Source: an uncultured Candidatus Saccharibacteria bacterium
GTDB lineage: Bacteria > Patescibacteriota > Saccharimonadia > Saccharimonadales > Saccharimonadaceae
DNA: 64,000 nt
Assembly (NCBI GenBank): GCA_963528515.1
Contig: CAURUO010000002.1
Location: 31,234-95,233 of the forward strand
Reading direction: 5' to 3'
A program made the position numbers and the translations under genes. The notes beneath the pieces were generated by a model that made no database searches, had not been told where the DNA came from, and saw nothing but the letters and a program-made list of their open reading frames with translations. This document shows, piece by piece, positions 20,990-30,816 of the stretch (position 1 is the stretch's first letter; every line of letters begins with the position of its first letter).

Positions 20990-21023
20990 AATAAAACGCC
21001 CGTTGTTACAAGGGTGTTTTATT
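20990..21023. terminator. Intrinsic terminator-like hairpin
   Basis: AATAAAACGCCC...GGGTGTTTTATT inverted repeat downstream of 21047-21817. Confidence 0.65.
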
Positions 21024-21046
21024 CTTGTACATTCTTTTGGAAACTT

Positions 21047-21817
21047 TTAGTTGTCCCAACGATCTTCGACCTCAGCGAGCAACTCACCCACCCGACGAAC
21101 TGCGGCTCTACCTGAGTAGACACCTTCCTTTCTCTTATCTACACCATCATCTTTATTTACATAAATAGTCCAGCTCAGATCACCCCCACATTCTTTCCCT
21201 GGATGACATTCAAAAGGTTCAACGCGCCCGTTTCTGTCGGAATCCCAGGAGTAATAAATCCTGCTAACACTAGCATCATCACTTTTTACGAATTTTATAG
21301 CTTTATCAGGATCAACTTTACCGTCCTTTGTTTTTATACTCCTCAATACTGAACCGTCCTCCGAGCTAAAAGTAGCGCATAAATATGAACCTTGACCAAC
21401 TTTGCCATATTTAGGGTCTCTTTCTTCTCGTAAACATAGTTCAACACTCATTCCCTCATCTCTATTATAATCCGCAGTTTCACCGACACCAGTCCCTGAT
21501 GTATTGCTAGCTGGCATTCCAGCATCTACATCAATACGAAGTGATCTGCCGTCGCCAGTTGTATAAGAATCTCCCTCCCTAGAACCGTCTTCTCTAATTT
21601 CTTCAGCCTCATTCAAAACGACTGCACGCACGTTATTTGTCATATCGCGCATTTGCTCATCGTTTATCGCGGGCTTATGTGCTTCATGGTAGAGACCAAT
21701 AGCTACCGCAACAGATAGAGCAAGAGCACCTAGTCCCCTCGCGTGGCGTTTCAACTTTTCCCCTCTGCCAGGCCGTTCAGTGCCTGCAATAGAGCTAAAC
21801 TCTCTAGTTTTACCCAT
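21047..21817 (-). CDS. Hypothetical membrane-anchored exported protein
   Basis: Basic N-terminus, one TM (GLGALALSVAVAIGLY), soluble domain with 4 Cys. Confidence 0.75.
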   Translation of the reverse strand: MGKTREFSSIAGTERPGRGEKLKRHARGLGALALSVAVAIGLYHEAHKPAINDEQMRDMTNNVRAVVLNEAEEIREDGSREGDSYTTGDGRSLRIDVDAGMPASNTSGTGVGETADYNRDEGMSVELCLREERDPKYGKVGQGSYLCATFSSEDGSVLRSIKTKDGKVDPDKAIKFVKSDDASVSRIYYSWDSDRNGRVEPFECHPGKECGGDLSWTIYVNKDDGVDKRKEGVYSGRAAVRRVGELLAEVEDRWDN

Positions 21818-22014
21818 ATATTTATCGTAGCCTCTCTAACTACAGATAATTAATTATGTAAATATCTCGCTATTTTACTTTATATTTGATAACTTGTCAA
21901 GTATATCGCCGCAATTATCTAGCCGTTGCAATCCTTAAATGCCCTGCTAGCAGATTTTAATACTTTTGCCATCTAGTTTTGCGGTCAAAATCGTAATTGT
22001 GCTATGATGCTAGA

Positions 22015-22821
22015 ATGCATGTTGCTATCCAGGGCCAAGCTGGCTCGTTTCACAACCAAGCCGCCCGCCAATGGTACGGAACTGGTGCTGAGATCGTTCC
22101 CTGTACAACCTTTAGCGAAGTTTTCGCCGCCTACGACGACGGTAGTGCCGACGCGATCATTACAGCGGTCGAAAACACCCTATTTGGCAGCATTAACGAA
22201 GTTTACCGTTATATCGAGGAATGTAGTGCGCCGATCGTCGGCGAGATCAAACTGCCGGTCGAGCAAATGTTAATCGGCTTGCCAGGTGCCAAAATCAGCG
22301 ATATCACTGAGGTTTACTCGCACCCGGTAGCTCTTTCTCAATGCCGCCGTTTCCTACAAAGACGCTTGCCGCGGGCGACGCCAATTGAGTTTTTTGACAC
22401 TGCCGGCGCTGTCGAATTTATCAAGCAAAATGGTTCTCGGCACTGCGCCGCTATCGCTAGCCAGACTGCCGCTGAATTATATAATTTGCCAATACTACAG
22501 CGTTCCATCCACGACAATCCTGATAATATCACCCGCTTTTTGGTAATTGAACCGTCTAATGCGCCTGCTGATGCTAATCGTGCTTCTCTGGTCATCACCA
22601 CCGACCATCAGCCTGGCGCCCTCGTCGAGGTATTACAGATATTCGCCAAGCGCCGTATCAATCTCGCCAAATTACAATCGCAGCCAATCGTCGGTCAGCC
22701 TTGGAAATATAAGTTTTTTATTGTCGTCGACTGCGCTGGACAACCGCTTTATCAAGCTATCCGCGACATTGAGCGCAGCAATCACGAGGTTACTATACTA
22801 GGTGAATATGTTGGCGCCTAG
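22015..22821 (+). CDS. pheA: Prephenate dehydratase with ACT domain
   Basis: QGQAGSF, ENTLFG, YSHPVALSQC, NITRF, QSQP, C-terminal ILGEY. Confidence 0.93.
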   Translation: MHVAIQGQAGSFHNQAARQWYGTGAEIVPCTTFSEVFAAYDDGSADAIITAVENTLFGSINEVYRYIEECSAPIVGEIKLPVEQMLIGLPGAKISDITEVYSHPVALSQCRRFLQRRLPRATPIEFFDTAGAVEFIKQNGSRHCAAIASQTAAELYNLPILQRSIHDNPDNITRFLVIEPSNAPADANRASLVITTDHQPGALVEVLQIFAKRRINLAKLQSQPIVGQPWKYKFFIVVDCAGQPLYQAIRDIERSNHEVTILGEYVGA

Positions 22822-22826
22822 TAATC

Positions 22827-25085
22827 CTAGAAATCACCGCCAGCGCTAATCTCGTCCACGCTAGATATCAATACCTCGCGCGGCCGCGAACCATCAGCTG
22901 GACCAATAATTCCTTGCTCTTCCATTTCTTCAATGATCCGTGCTGCTCGCGAGTAGCCGATTCGTAGCTTCCTCTGCAATAACGACGTCGAGGCTTTGCG
23001 CATCTGCACTACCACTTGCACTGCATCTTTGAACATATCGTCGCTACCATTACTACCGAAGTCCATCACTACCCCGCCTTTACCATTCAATTGCACTGGC
23101 TGGCTAACGATTTCATCATTGTACTGCGGCGGCGCCTGCATCCGCAGTTGATCAGTAATTTTATTCACCTCGCTGTCCATCACCCAAGCGCCCTGAATAC
23201 GCTTCGGTTTCGGCATGCTAGCAGTTTTAATCAGCATATCTCCCTGGCCCAGCAATTTCTCGGCGCCAGCCTGGTCGAGAATTGTCTGGCTGTCAGTCTG
23301 GCTGGCCACCGTAAAGGCAATCCGCGCCGGTACGTTTGCCTTGATGAGGCCGGTAATCACATCAACGCTCGGACGCTGCGTCGCCAGCACCAGGTGAATA
23401 CCAACCGCCCGCGCCTTCTGCGCCAGGCGAACTATCAGTCCCTCGACATCACGCTTAGCTACCATCATCAGATCGGCCATCTCGTCAATCACAATCACGA
23501 TATATGGCATTGTACCTTCATCAACTTGCTGTACATTGCCCTTTTCATCGGCAACGCCGATTTTCTTGCCTTTTGCTTTAGCCCGTTCATTGTAAGTCTT
23601 GATATCGCGTACCCGCTCTTCGGCTAGTAAGCTATAACGGCGCTCCATTTCGTTAACTGCCCATTTCAGCGCGCTCATTGTCTTTTCTGGCTCGACAATC
23701 ACCGGCGTCAACAGGTGCGGAATATCCTGATACGGCGCCATCTCGACCTGCTTCGGATCGACGAGAATTAATTTCATATCGCTCGGTGCGTTACGATACA
23801 GCAAACTACTTAGCAGCGTATTAATCATTACCGATTTACCCGATCCAGTTTGACCAGCCACTAGCAAGTGCGGCATTTTGTTAAGTTCGCCGACAAACGG
23901 CAGTCCTGAAATGTCTTTACCAATCGCAAAACTCAGCGGCTCTTTGCGGCGGCGCCATTCAGCGCTTTCTAAAATTGAACGGATACGTACGTCAGCCGCT
24001 TTCTTGTTTGGCACTTCGATACCGACAGCTTTTTTACCTGGAATCGGCGCTTCCATGCGCAAGCTCGACGCTGCCAGATTCAGCGCAATATTGGTTTCTA
24101 GCGCTGTAATTTTGCTCAACTTAATGCCCGCTGGCGGACGCAGCGTATACTGAGTCACTTTCGGGCCGATATTAGCACCTTCCATATCGACATTAATGTT
24201 AAATTCACGCAAAGTATCTTGAATAATGCGCGCATTCTGCTTGATATCGCCCGCATCAGCTGGCGCTTCCTTCTTCTCTAGCAAATCAAGGCTCGGAAAT
24301 TGCCAGTTCGGGTCGCTAACCGCCAGCATCGCTGTTTTGTCGTCGCGATCGGCTTCGGCTTTTTTAGCTTGCGGTTTGATTTTAAGCTTCGCACTTTGCT
24401 TACTGTCATCTTGCGATACTGTTGGCACGCCTTCATTAAGCTTGAAATCGTCCATCTTGCCGTGATCATCTTCGGCAGCTTTGCGCATAACCTGGACATT
24501 AGCTTCGTTCTCTGCCTTTTCGTTGCTGGCTACTGCCGTCTTGAACATTGCTGCAATATCGCTAAACCGCAGTTGCAACACAAACAATAGCGTAATCGCA
24601 ATCAGCAAAATATAAATAAAAACACCGACTGGTATATTAACCAGCGATAAGACGACCGAATTCAAACCATCGCCAACAACACCGCCAGTCGACGGCGCAC
24701 CCTTTTCACGAAACAGTCCGAATAAGCCGCTGAACCAAATAACTATCAAAATTGAGGCAAATTTCATGACTGCTGGCAATCGGTTGTTTTCGGCGCCAAA
24801 TATTCTAACAGCTACATACAAACCGACAACTGGCACTATATAAACCGCCCAGCCAATCGTTCGCTTAGACACTTCTAGCATTTGATTAAGCAACGGACCG
24901 CCCGCACCGAACCACGACACCACCAGCAATGCCGATAGCGCCATCAACAGCACCGCCGCAACTTGCGGCCAAAACCCAGAGGGTACTTCATGCTGCGGTG
25001 CTGGTGCTTTCGCTGCTTTGCTAGCGCGTGCTGTACGAGTTGTTTTAGTCGATTTTCGAGTTCGCGTCGTCTTTTTCTTTGCCAT
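22827..25085 (-). CDS. ftsK: DNA translocase FtsK
   Basis: 4 TM, GQTGSGKS, DPKQVE, IDEMADL, TQRPS, gamma domain LQRKLRIGYSRAAR. Confidence 0.97.
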   Translation of the reverse strand: MAKKKTTRTRKSTKTTRTARASKAAKAPAPQHEVPSGFWPQVAAVLLMALSALLVVSWFGAGGPLLNQMLEVSKRTIGWAVYIVPVVGLYVAVRIFGAENNRLPAVMKFASILIVIWFSGLFGLFREKGAPSTGGVVGDGLNSVVLSLVNIPVGVFIYILLIAITLLFVLQLRFSDIAAMFKTAVASNEKAENEANVQVMRKAAEDDHGKMDDFKLNEGVPTVSQDDSKQSAKLKIKPQAKKAEADRDDKTAMLAVSDPNWQFPSLDLLEKKEAPADAGDIKQNARIIQDTLREFNINVDMEGANIGPKVTQYTLRPPAGIKLSKITALETNIALNLAASSLRMEAPIPGKKAVGIEVPNKKAADVRIRSILESAEWRRRKEPLSFAIGKDISGLPFVGELNKMPHLLVAGQTGSGKSVMINTLLSSLLYRNAPSDMKLILVDPKQVEMAPYQDIPHLLTPVIVEPEKTMSALKWAVNEMERRYSLLAEERVRDIKTYNERAKAKGKKIGVADEKGNVQQVDEGTMPYIVIVIDEMADLMMVAKRDVEGLIVRLAQKARAVGIHLVLATQRPSVDVITGLIKANVPARIAFTVASQTDSQTILDQAGAEKLLGQGDMLIKTASMPKPKRIQGAWVMDSEVNKITDQLRMQAPPQYNDEIVSQPVQLNGKGGVVMDFGSNGSDDMFKDAVQVVVQMRKASTSLLQRKLRIGYSRAARIIEEMEEQGIIGPADGSRPREVLISSVDEISAGGDF

Positions 25086-25173
25086 AACCGTTACCTATTG
25101 TACTCTGTTTATATCTAAAAGGATATACTACTATTGTAGCATAAATTACTACAAAAAGCAATAGCGCTATCTG

Positions 25174-27291
25174 TTAGTACGAGCGGCTGTCTGAGCGGTC
25201 GCGCGGCACTACTGTCTCGGTATCAGGGGTCTGTTTGCGCGGGAAACGCTTGCCTGACGGCTGCGGCATCAACGGCTGGCCAGCAGATTTAGTTTGCGGG
25301 GCGCGGCCGTGTGCTTTCGCTGCGCCGCCAACTTCATTAACCACTGGAATAACAATTGGCGTTCGCCGCGTCTGATCATACAAAATATGCGTTACTTCAT
25401 CTTTGATTTCTTTTTTGACCACCTCTATGTCATACTTACCAGAGAAACTGCGCGCCGCTTTTTGCTTGAGATATTGGCGAATCATTCCCATTAGCTCTTC
25501 ATTATCGCGCATGTAGATAAACCCGCGGCTGATAATGTCTGGGCTAGTCAAGAGCCGCCCCGTACCGCGCTGAACCGTCAATATGACTATAAATATACCT
25601 TCTTGACTCATGTGGATACGGTCTTTGAGCACCACTTCGCTGACTACCGCGCCGGCATCATCATACATCGTACCGCCAGAGTGAATAATGCGGCCAATTT
25701 TATGCGCGCCATCGCTAGTAAACTCAATAATATCGCCCGGATCACAAACAAATATATTTTGCCGCGGAATACCGCATTCTTTCTCGGCCAAGCGTGCATT
25801 ATGCACTAGCATATGAAACTCGCCGTGATTAGGCAGATAATACTTCGGTTTAACCGCATTAATCACCCGCACGTGGTCATCGTAATAGCCGTGACCCGAT
25901 AGGTGCAGCGGCCCGATACCAGTTAGGTGTGTTTTGCCATTTTGGATAATCTCGCCGCCCTCGCGCATTAAGCCGTCAACCGTCCGCACCACATATTTTT
26001 CATTGCCAGGAATTGGATTCGAGCTCAGCACTACCACATCCGAACCCTTAATTTTAACGTATTTGTGCGCCCCCGTCGCCATCCGGTTAAGCACCGCATT
26101 GAACTCGCCTTGGCTGCCAGTACAGACAATTGTTACCTTATTATCAGGCAGTTTGATCAAATCCTCCATCTTGACGACGGTATCTTTCGGCACTTTAATC
26201 ACGCCCGAACGCAACGCCACCTCTAGGTTCTGAATCATGCTAAAGCCAGCAAACGCTACTTTGCGGTCGTGTTTCTTCGCTTCCTCGAGAAGTAGCTGAA
26301 TTCGATGCAACTGGCTAGAAAAGCTACTGACAATAATCCGGCTTTTTGACCATTTATCCATCACCTCGCCCATACTGTGCTGAATATCGAATTCACCGTG
26401 CGTATGGGTACCGTCGCTTTCACAGTTAGTCGACTCGTTCATAAACAGTAAGAAGCCTTCTTTCTCGGCGATTTCGCTAATCCGATTGAAATCGAATTTC
26501 TTGCCATCGACCGGATTTTCTTCAATACGCCAGTCGCCGCTCGAGAGGATATTACCAACTGGCGTCCGCACCACTACGGCAGCTGCATCTGGAATCGAGT
26601 GATTAACGCGTACCAGCTCAACACTAAATGAATCACAAAGTTGTACAGTATCATGATTTTCTGGATTTAATTCGTGATATTCTGGCGTGAAAGCGCCGTC
26701 TGTCTCTTCCATCGTCCGCTGCAGCATGCCAAGCGTGAACTTCGTGCCATAAACTGGTGCTGGCAATTTCGGTATGATATGCCGGAATGCGCCAATGTGG
26801 TCGAGATGGCCATGCGTAAAGACGTGCGCTCGAATCCGATGCTTATTTTCTTCCAGCCACTGAGTATCAGGAATTATATAATTTATACCCGGATAATCGC
26901 TGCCTGGAAACAAAAAACCCATATCAATGACGATGATATCGTTGTCGTATTCAATCGCCGTCATGTTCTTGCCGATACCCATCTCGCCGACACCACCAAT
27001 CGGAATCACCTTCAGCGTTGGCCGTGGCGCCCGCGGACGTTTCGGCTGGTCTTTTAGGCTGAATTGCTTGCCGCCGTAGCCGTTGTATACCGATTTATTA
27101 ACCGGCACATTAATCAGATGCTGGCTAGCCTGCGCATTCACGCCTTCTGACATTCGCCGCTGCGCCCGAAAGACTTCGCCTTTGCGCGTAGTTGTCGCGT
27201 TCAGTACAGTATTGGTTGATTTTTGTTTAACCTGCAAAGGACGTTTACCAGTATCGTCGCCTTTGGGGGTTGCCAGTCGCCGCTGACCCAT
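25174..27291 (-). CDS. rnj: Ribonuclease J
   Basis: IGKNM, THGHLDHIG, HSIPD, TGSQGE, HLSGH, HGE; N- and C-terminal extensions. Confidence 0.96.
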   Translation of the reverse strand: MGQRRLATPKGDDTGKRPLQVKQKSTNTVLNATTTRKGEVFRAQRRMSEGVNAQASQHLINVPVNKSVYNGYGGKQFSLKDQPKRPRAPRPTLKVIPIGGVGEMGIGKNMTAIEYDNDIIVIDMGFLFPGSDYPGINYIIPDTQWLEENKHRIRAHVFTHGHLDHIGAFRHIIPKLPAPVYGTKFTLGMLQRTMEETDGAFTPEYHELNPENHDTVQLCDSFSVELVRVNHSIPDAAAVVVRTPVGNILSSGDWRIEENPVDGKKFDFNRISEIAEKEGFLLFMNESTNCESDGTHTHGEFDIQHSMGEVMDKWSKSRIIVSSFSSQLHRIQLLLEEAKKHDRKVAFAGFSMIQNLEVALRSGVIKVPKDTVVKMEDLIKLPDNKVTIVCTGSQGEFNAVLNRMATGAHKYVKIKGSDVVVLSSNPIPGNEKYVVRTVDGLMREGGEIIQNGKTHLTGIGPLHLSGHGYYDDHVRVINAVKPKYYLPNHGEFHMLVHNARLAEKECGIPRQNIFVCDPGDIIEFTSDGAHKIGRIIHSGGTMYDDAGAVVSEVVLKDRIHMSQEGIFIVILTVQRGTGRLLTSPDIISRGFIYMRDNEELMGMIRQYLKQKAARSFSGKYDIEVVKKEIKDEVTHILYDQTRRTPIVIPVVNEVGGAAKAHGRAPQTKSAGQPLMPQPSGKRFPRKQTPDTETVVPRDRSDSRSY

Positions 27292-27428
27292 ATTGTTATA
27301 CTCCTTTTTTATTACAATAATCTAAAAACCAGGTAGAGAGGTGCTTTTACTCGCTAGAAATCCCTCTCGTTAGTAGCTTTATTCTAGCAAACTGACCGTA
27401 TTTTGTCAAAAATGACCCTACGCCAACT

Positions 27429-27467
27429 AAAATGCCAGCGCCGTTTTCCCAAAGACGCTGGCATTTT
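27429..27467. terminator. Intrinsic terminator after YhgE/Pip gene
   Basis: AAAATGCCAGCG...CGCTGGCATTTT 12-bp perfect stem. Confidence 0.75.
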
Positions 27468-27486
27468 CTAAAAGCTTCAAAGAGGA

Positions 27487-29598
27487 TTAATCGTCGCCAT
27501 CTACCGAAGTATGAGCGAATTTGCGCTTGCCGCGGTAGATAAAGAAACCGATTGTCAACAAGTTAGCCGCCAGTAAGAATCCAGCTAGTACCCACATGCT
27601 ATCGCTATAGAACGAACTGCCTAAGCCTCCCGAAATAGCCTGGCGCAACGCCCGAATGGAATAAGTCATCGGCACCAGCGGATTGACTGCTTGGAAAAAG
27701 CCATTGGCTGTTTGAATCGGGAACGTCCCCTCGCTCGACCCCAGCTGCAACACTAATAGTACCATCGCTAGGAAACGTCCTGGATTGTCCAGCACAATTA
27801 CCAGGAGCGACACGATTGACATATAGACAAACGATGTCAAATAAATCACCCCGATGAAATTCACCGGATGATCTGGCGCTAGACCCAGACAGTAAACCAT
27901 AATCAGCATCAAAATTGTTGCCTGAACTAAAGCCGCCACGCCAGTAACCGAAGCTTTGGCCAGCCACCAGCGAAAAGCGTTTTCTTGCTCGGCAAAAGTT
28001 TTGCGAATTGGATAAATGATATTCAGAGCAATCGCCCCGACAAACAAGCTCAGCGACAGCACATACGGCGCCAGCGCATAGCCGTAGTTCGGCACGTCGC
28101 CCTGCTTGGTCGTTTCCGACTTCACCGGATTCGCCATCTGCTGCTGGGTGGCTGCGCCAGTTGGTTGTATTTTGAGTTGCCGGGAAGCGTCCGCTAGCTT
28201 CGTAGCCAGAGTATCCGCGCCGCCCGTCAATTGCGACGCGCCATTCGTTAGTACACTAGAGCGGCTATCTAACAGCCGCGCGCCATTCGCCAGCTGTTGG
28301 CTGCCAGTTTGCGCTTGTGCCAGACTGTTTGTTAGCGATGACGAGCCAGCCAGCAATTGGTTATTCGCCGTTCTTACGCTGTTGTAACCATTAAGGGCAG
28401 CAACTGCATTTGGCGCCAGTTGGTTAACGCCGTTGTTCAGCGTAGAAACACCAGCCTGCAATTGAGCTTGCTGCATTGACAGACTTTGAGTAAGTGTCTG
28501 CAAATCTTTAAGCAGCGCGGCCGCTTGAATACTGATCGTTTGCGTTTTACTAAGTGCCTGGGAAAGCTGGCTAATTTGCGACAAAGTTATGGTTGTCGAA
28601 CCACCAGAAGCTACCGCCTGGCTGCCCAAATCTTTCAATGCAACACCTGCTGCTGATAAATCAGCTAAGGACGCTTGCATTGTTTGCGCCAAAGTTTGCG
28701 CTTCGCTCTGCACTTTGCTCTGCTGATTAACAAGCGTCGGCGATGGATTATACACGCTGGCGTTTAGCTGATTAAGGCCAGATTGCAGCTGCTTCATGCC
28801 GCTTGTTAACTGCGCAACTTGCGATTCGCTTGGCAAACCGTTCGACAATTGCCCCAAGCCTGCTTGCAATTGGCGCGATCCATCGCCGAGCCGCGCTAAG
28901 CCATTAGCCATCGCCCGCTGATTTACCGCCAATTGCTTAACACCGCCAGTATACGTCTGCGCGCCCGCTTGCAGCTGCGTCAAACCGTCGTGCAAAGTAG
29001 CTGCGCCGCCCACTGCCATTTCCAGACCATCGCCGAGCTTACCGATATTTTCCAGCACACCCTTAGCGTACGCCTGAGTAATTTGCTCAGCCACCGACGT
29101 TTTGACTTTTTCAGCCGCTTGATTACTGACCAGCGAACCAATATAGTTCTTGGCTGGCGTAGTCGTGTAGCGAATCACCGCCTGCTGCGGTTGAGTAGCA
29201 GTAATCGACGCCGCTTTTGCCGAAAAATCCGTCGGAACAGTCACCACCGCATAGAAATGGCCGCTATTGACTCCGTCATCAGCCTGCTGTTTATCTACAA
29301 ATTCCCAGCCCAAATCGTGATTACTTTTGAGTTTTTGCTCAACCGATTGCCCGATATTGACCGTTTGACCGTTCAGCTGCGCGCCTTTGTCCTCATTAAC
29401 AAACGCCACTGGCAGATTCTTCACCTGCCCATATGGATCCCAAATTGAACCCAAGAAAAAACCGCTGTACATAATCGGGATAAAGGAAATAACCGCCATC
29501 GACAGCAGTAATATTTTGTTTTTGCAGAGATGCTGCCACTCAGCTCGCACCATATTGACGCGGCGTCTATTTGACAGCCGTTTTAATTTTTCAACCAT
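27487..29598 (-). CDS. YhgE/Pip-family membrane protein
   Basis: WDPYG...LPVAFVNEDKG, QLxxG repeats, VPNYGYALAPY, GTFP, PMTYS; SD AGGAGG at 29605-29610. Confidence 0.93.
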   Translation of the reverse strand: MVEKLKRLSNRRRVNMVRAEWQHLCKNKILLLSMAVISFIPIMYSGFFLGSIWDPYGQVKNLPVAFVNEDKGAQLNGQTVNIGQSVEQKLKSNHDLGWEFVDKQQADDGVNSGHFYAVVTVPTDFSAKAASITATQPQQAVIRYTTTPAKNYIGSLVSNQAAEKVKTSVAEQITQAYAKGVLENIGKLGDGLEMAVGGAATLHDGLTQLQAGAQTYTGGVKQLAVNQRAMANGLARLGDGSRQLQAGLGQLSNGLPSESQVAQLTSGMKQLQSGLNQLNASVYNPSPTLVNQQSKVQSEAQTLAQTMQASLADLSAAGVALKDLGSQAVASGGSTTITLSQISQLSQALSKTQTISIQAAALLKDLQTLTQSLSMQQAQLQAGVSTLNNGVNQLAPNAVAALNGYNSVRTANNQLLAGSSSLTNSLAQAQTGSQQLANGARLLDSRSSVLTNGASQLTGGADTLATKLADASRQLKIQPTGAATQQQMANPVKSETTKQGDVPNYGYALAPYVLSLSLFVGAIALNIIYPIRKTFAEQENAFRWWLAKASVTGVAALVQATILMLIMVYCLGLAPDHPVNFIGVIYLTSFVYMSIVSLLVIVLDNPGRFLAMVLLVLQLGSSEGTFPIQTANGFFQAVNPLVPMTYSIRALRQAISGGLGSSFYSDSMWVLAGFLLAANLLTIGFFIYRGKRKFAHTSVDGDD

Positions 29599-30025
29599 GC
29601 ATTACCTCCTTGACAACGTCTGCTAACGTTACCGTCTTTAGATATTCGCTCCACTTCTCTTGCGCCTCGGAAAAGACTTTTTCAATCATATTCATGCCAA
29701 TTTCCACCTGGCGAGGCCGCGACGCAAATACCCGCTCGACAATTCCTTGAGGCTGAAAAAACGGCGCTTCGCCTTCAATCGCCAGCACCACATCGTGCAG
29801 CGTTACTTGGCTCATTTCCCGCGCCAAAATGAAACCGCCGCCAGCGCCCTGCGTCGAGGTAATCAACCGTGCTACCACCAGCTTGCGGCTAATTTTCTTC
29901 AGATACGTCGGCGATACTGCCATCTTTTCCGCCAAAGCATCATTGGTCATCGGCGCTTTTCGCTGCGGATCAGCTAAAATTGCCATAATACAGCAGGCTT
30001 GTTCAACAGCTCCCGATAGTTTCAT
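29591..30025 (-). CDS. Rrf2-family transcriptional regulator
   Basis: SPTYLKKI..KL, S.QGAGGGFILAR, TLHDVVLAIEG, TLAD; no Fe-S Cys triad. Confidence 0.92.
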   Translation of the reverse strand: MKLSGAVEQACCIMAILADPQRKAPMTNDALAEKMAVSPTYLKKISRKLVVARLITSTQGAGGGFILAREMSQVTLHDVVLAIEGEAPFFQPQGIVERVFASRPRQVEIGMNMIEKVFSEAQEKWSEYLKTVTLADVVKEVMHG

Positions 30026-30168
30026 AAAGTCCTTTCATGAATTAGATATAGTGGATATCGATTATCCACTATACTACGGTTGCTTAATTTTGGCAAGAGT
30101 TTAATAAACGAATTGGGAATAAGCCCTGGCTTTTGAGCAGATATCTATAGGTTGCCAGTGTGTCAATC

Positions 30169-30753
30169 TTACAATTCAGGACTATCCTGCTGCACAAACG
30201 CCGCCGCCCGCATAAAATCATCAATCAGCGTCTGGCGCATGCTACCGTTATATAGCGCTGCTGCTGGATGATACAGCGGAATCACCACGAATTCCAGCTC
30301 GTGCAAACGCACCCGCCGCGGCCGACCGTGGTCCTGGCTGATCCGCAGCCCAGGGATAAAACCGCCGCCGCTGTGCCGCCCCAATGTTAACACCGCTTTT
30401 GGCTGGATAATTTCTAATTGCCGCATTAAATACGGCCAAAACTGGCGCTTTTCCTCTGGCAGCGGGTCGCGGTTATTTGGCGGCCGATACTTCACAATGT
30501 TAGTAATATAAACATCTGAGCGCCGCAAACCAGCTGCTGCCAGCATCTCGTCGAGAAATTTCCCCGCCGCACCGACGAACGGCTTGCCCTGCAGATCCTC
30601 ATTCTTGCCCGGCGCTTCGCCGATAAATACGATATCAGCATCAGCATTGCCATCGCCCATCACCAGCTGCGTTGCTTGAGCCGCCAATTCCAAACAAATC
30701 CCAGCTTCGATAATTTCCGCCGCCAATGCGTCTAATTCAGCTTGCTTATTCAT
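30169..30753 (-). CDS. Uracil-DNA glycosylase family 4
   Basis: IGEAPG.NED..G.PFVG.AG, TNIVK.RPP.NR.P, YHPAA. Confidence 0.93.
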   Translation of the reverse strand: MNKQAELDALAAEIIEAGICLELAAQATQLVMGDGNADADIVFIGEAPGKNEDLQGKPFVGAAGKFLDEMLAAAGLRRSDVYITNIVKYRPPNNRDPLPEEKRQFWPYLMRQLEIIQPKAVLTLGRHSGGGFIPGLRISQDHGRPRRVRLHELEFVVIPLYHPAAALYNGSMRQTLIDDFMRAAAFVQQDSPEL

Positions 30754-30771
30754 AATTACATTTTACCAAAA

Positions 30772-30801
30772 TAGTACCCTCTGCTGATACAGAGGGTACT
30801 A
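30772..30801. terminator. Hairpin downstream of 30817-31701
   Basis: TAGTACCCTCTG / CAGAGGGTACTA perfect 12-bp stem followed by T-run on minus strand. Confidence 0.65.
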
Positions 30802-30816
30802 CCGGCGCGGCGAATA

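Noticed and set aside
27336..27368. Structured rnj leader
   Set aside because: Only a 6-bp stem; not distinguishable from chance
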